Shown: positions 63,177 to 64,000 of the stretch, piece after piece
Numbering within the stretch: the stretch's first letter is position 1
Layout of the letters: every line of letters starts with the position of its first letter
IMG/VR virus record: IMGVR_UViG_3300001533_002283
Coordinates: 32,001-96,000 of that record
Strand: one strand, 5' to 3'
Origin: a virus
DNA: 64,000 nucleotides
The notes under the pieces: model-generated
The model's input: the letters and a program-made list of their open reading frames with translations, nothing else
Databases searched by the model: none
Told to the model about the DNA's origin: nothing
Position numbers and translations under genes: made by a program

Positions 63177-64000
63177 TAGATTTTCCTCCCAATATCCTCT
63201 ATCAAGTCATAAAAATCTCCCAAATTAAAATCTTCTCCCTCTGCGTATTTATGCATATTAATGTAATTCATGTAGTGGTTCATATCCCCATCATGAGGAA
63301 AATAAACGGCCTCCTTATATCCAAAATCTCTGCTTTCTTTTGACTTAAAATTACTCTCCCATTTTTCGACATATTTGTAACCCGCTGATTTTATTTTCTC
63401 TCTAATATCATTGGTTTTACTGTATAATTCGCCAAACTTTTTGCCAGAAACGGCGTTTACCCAATGAGGTTTATAAAACTTAGGATTCCCGTGAAAATAA
63501 TCCCCATGAAATTGATAAACCGTCCTAGTTTTGGAGTCGAAACCATCAACAACGTATGTTTTTTCTCCAATTTTAAGTCTGTATTGCCGGATTAAACCAT
63601 CTATTGCCAAACTTTCTAACCATTCGTTCTCCTTTTTTGAGGAATTCGCGACACATCGTTTACAGCCATAGCCGGCCAAATGAGCGTGTGCGGTTTGTTG
63701 AAAAACTCCGTGTTTTTTACACACGATATCAACTAATATATCCGTCCCTTTATAATCCACGAGGGAATAGTCATATTTATCCCCGTGTTTTTCTTTCGCA
63801 GCTTCTATAAACGTTTCAGTTGTCTTTTTGAAATTAGGTTTACATTTTGGGCAACCAGAGCCATTTATATGCTCTTTAATTCCTTGGTTAAATTCACCGT
63901 GTTTCTTACAAACTATTTTTATCTTTTGTTTATTATTTTTATACTCAAAAGGGGGATATTCGTAGGTTTCCCCATGAACGGATTTAATTTCGCCGAGAAC
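63176..64000 (-). CDS. homing-endonuclease-like protein with Zn-ribbon (CKKHG) repeats and C-terminal PD-(D/E)XK domain; 5'-partial
   Basis: frame stays open to the window edge; two IVCKKHG.F.Q...H..G.GC..C repeats; VDGF..VYQFHGDYFHG..WES. Confidence 0.75.
   Translation of the reverse strand, partial: VLGEIKSVHGETYEYPPFEYKNNKQKIKIVCKKHGEFNQGIKEHINGSGCPKCKPNFKKTTETFIEAAKEKHGDKYDYSLVDYKGTDILVDIVCKKHGVFQQTAHAHLAGYGCKRCVANSSKKENEWLESLAIDGLIRQYRLKIGEKTYVVDGFDSKTRTVYQFHGDYFHGNPKFYKPHWVNAVSGKKFGELYSKTNDIREKIKSAGYKYVEKWESNFKSKESRDFGYKEAVYFPHDGDMNHYMNYINMHKYAEGEDFNLGDFYDLIEDIGRKI

Overview
AT-rich, very gene-dense segment of a large lytic dsDNA phage genome (T4-like/jumbo-type gene content; standard genetic code fits). 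Almost all genes are on the minus strand. About 1-36 kb is an early/accessory region: rIIA/rIIB, YopX, many short hypotheticals behind host-sigma70-like promoters, an RNA-repair cluster, UvsE, a glycosyltransferase, DNA methyltransferases, dUTPase and an IS200/IS605-type tnpB insertion. About 36.7-57 kb is the replication module: DnaE-type polymerase split into PHP, DEDDh exonuclease and core genes, plus primase, DnaB, PD-(D/E)XK nuclease, RecA, ATP-dependent ligase and ThyX, with interspersed homing endonucleases. About 57-64 kb carries auxiliary metabolism (Gmd, GuaC, PduO-type cobalamin adenosyltransferase, Bfd-like). Most notable: (1) the only large non-coding gap (~14.95-15.7 kb), with two tandem promoter-hairpin-boxA-like units; (2) a C5-methyltransferase encoded as two almost fully overlapping same-strand frames; (3) an amino-methyltransferase frameshifted by an (AG)16 tract; (4) a tnpB element with readable ends, omegaRNA pseudoknot, guide and predicted TAM; (5) a bipartite motif shared by the only two plus-strand genes; (6) a recurrent non-Shine-Dalgarno ATAACACTTATG start context. 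All family assignments come from motif recognition by eye, not database searches. Many short hypothetical ORFs are not listed individually.
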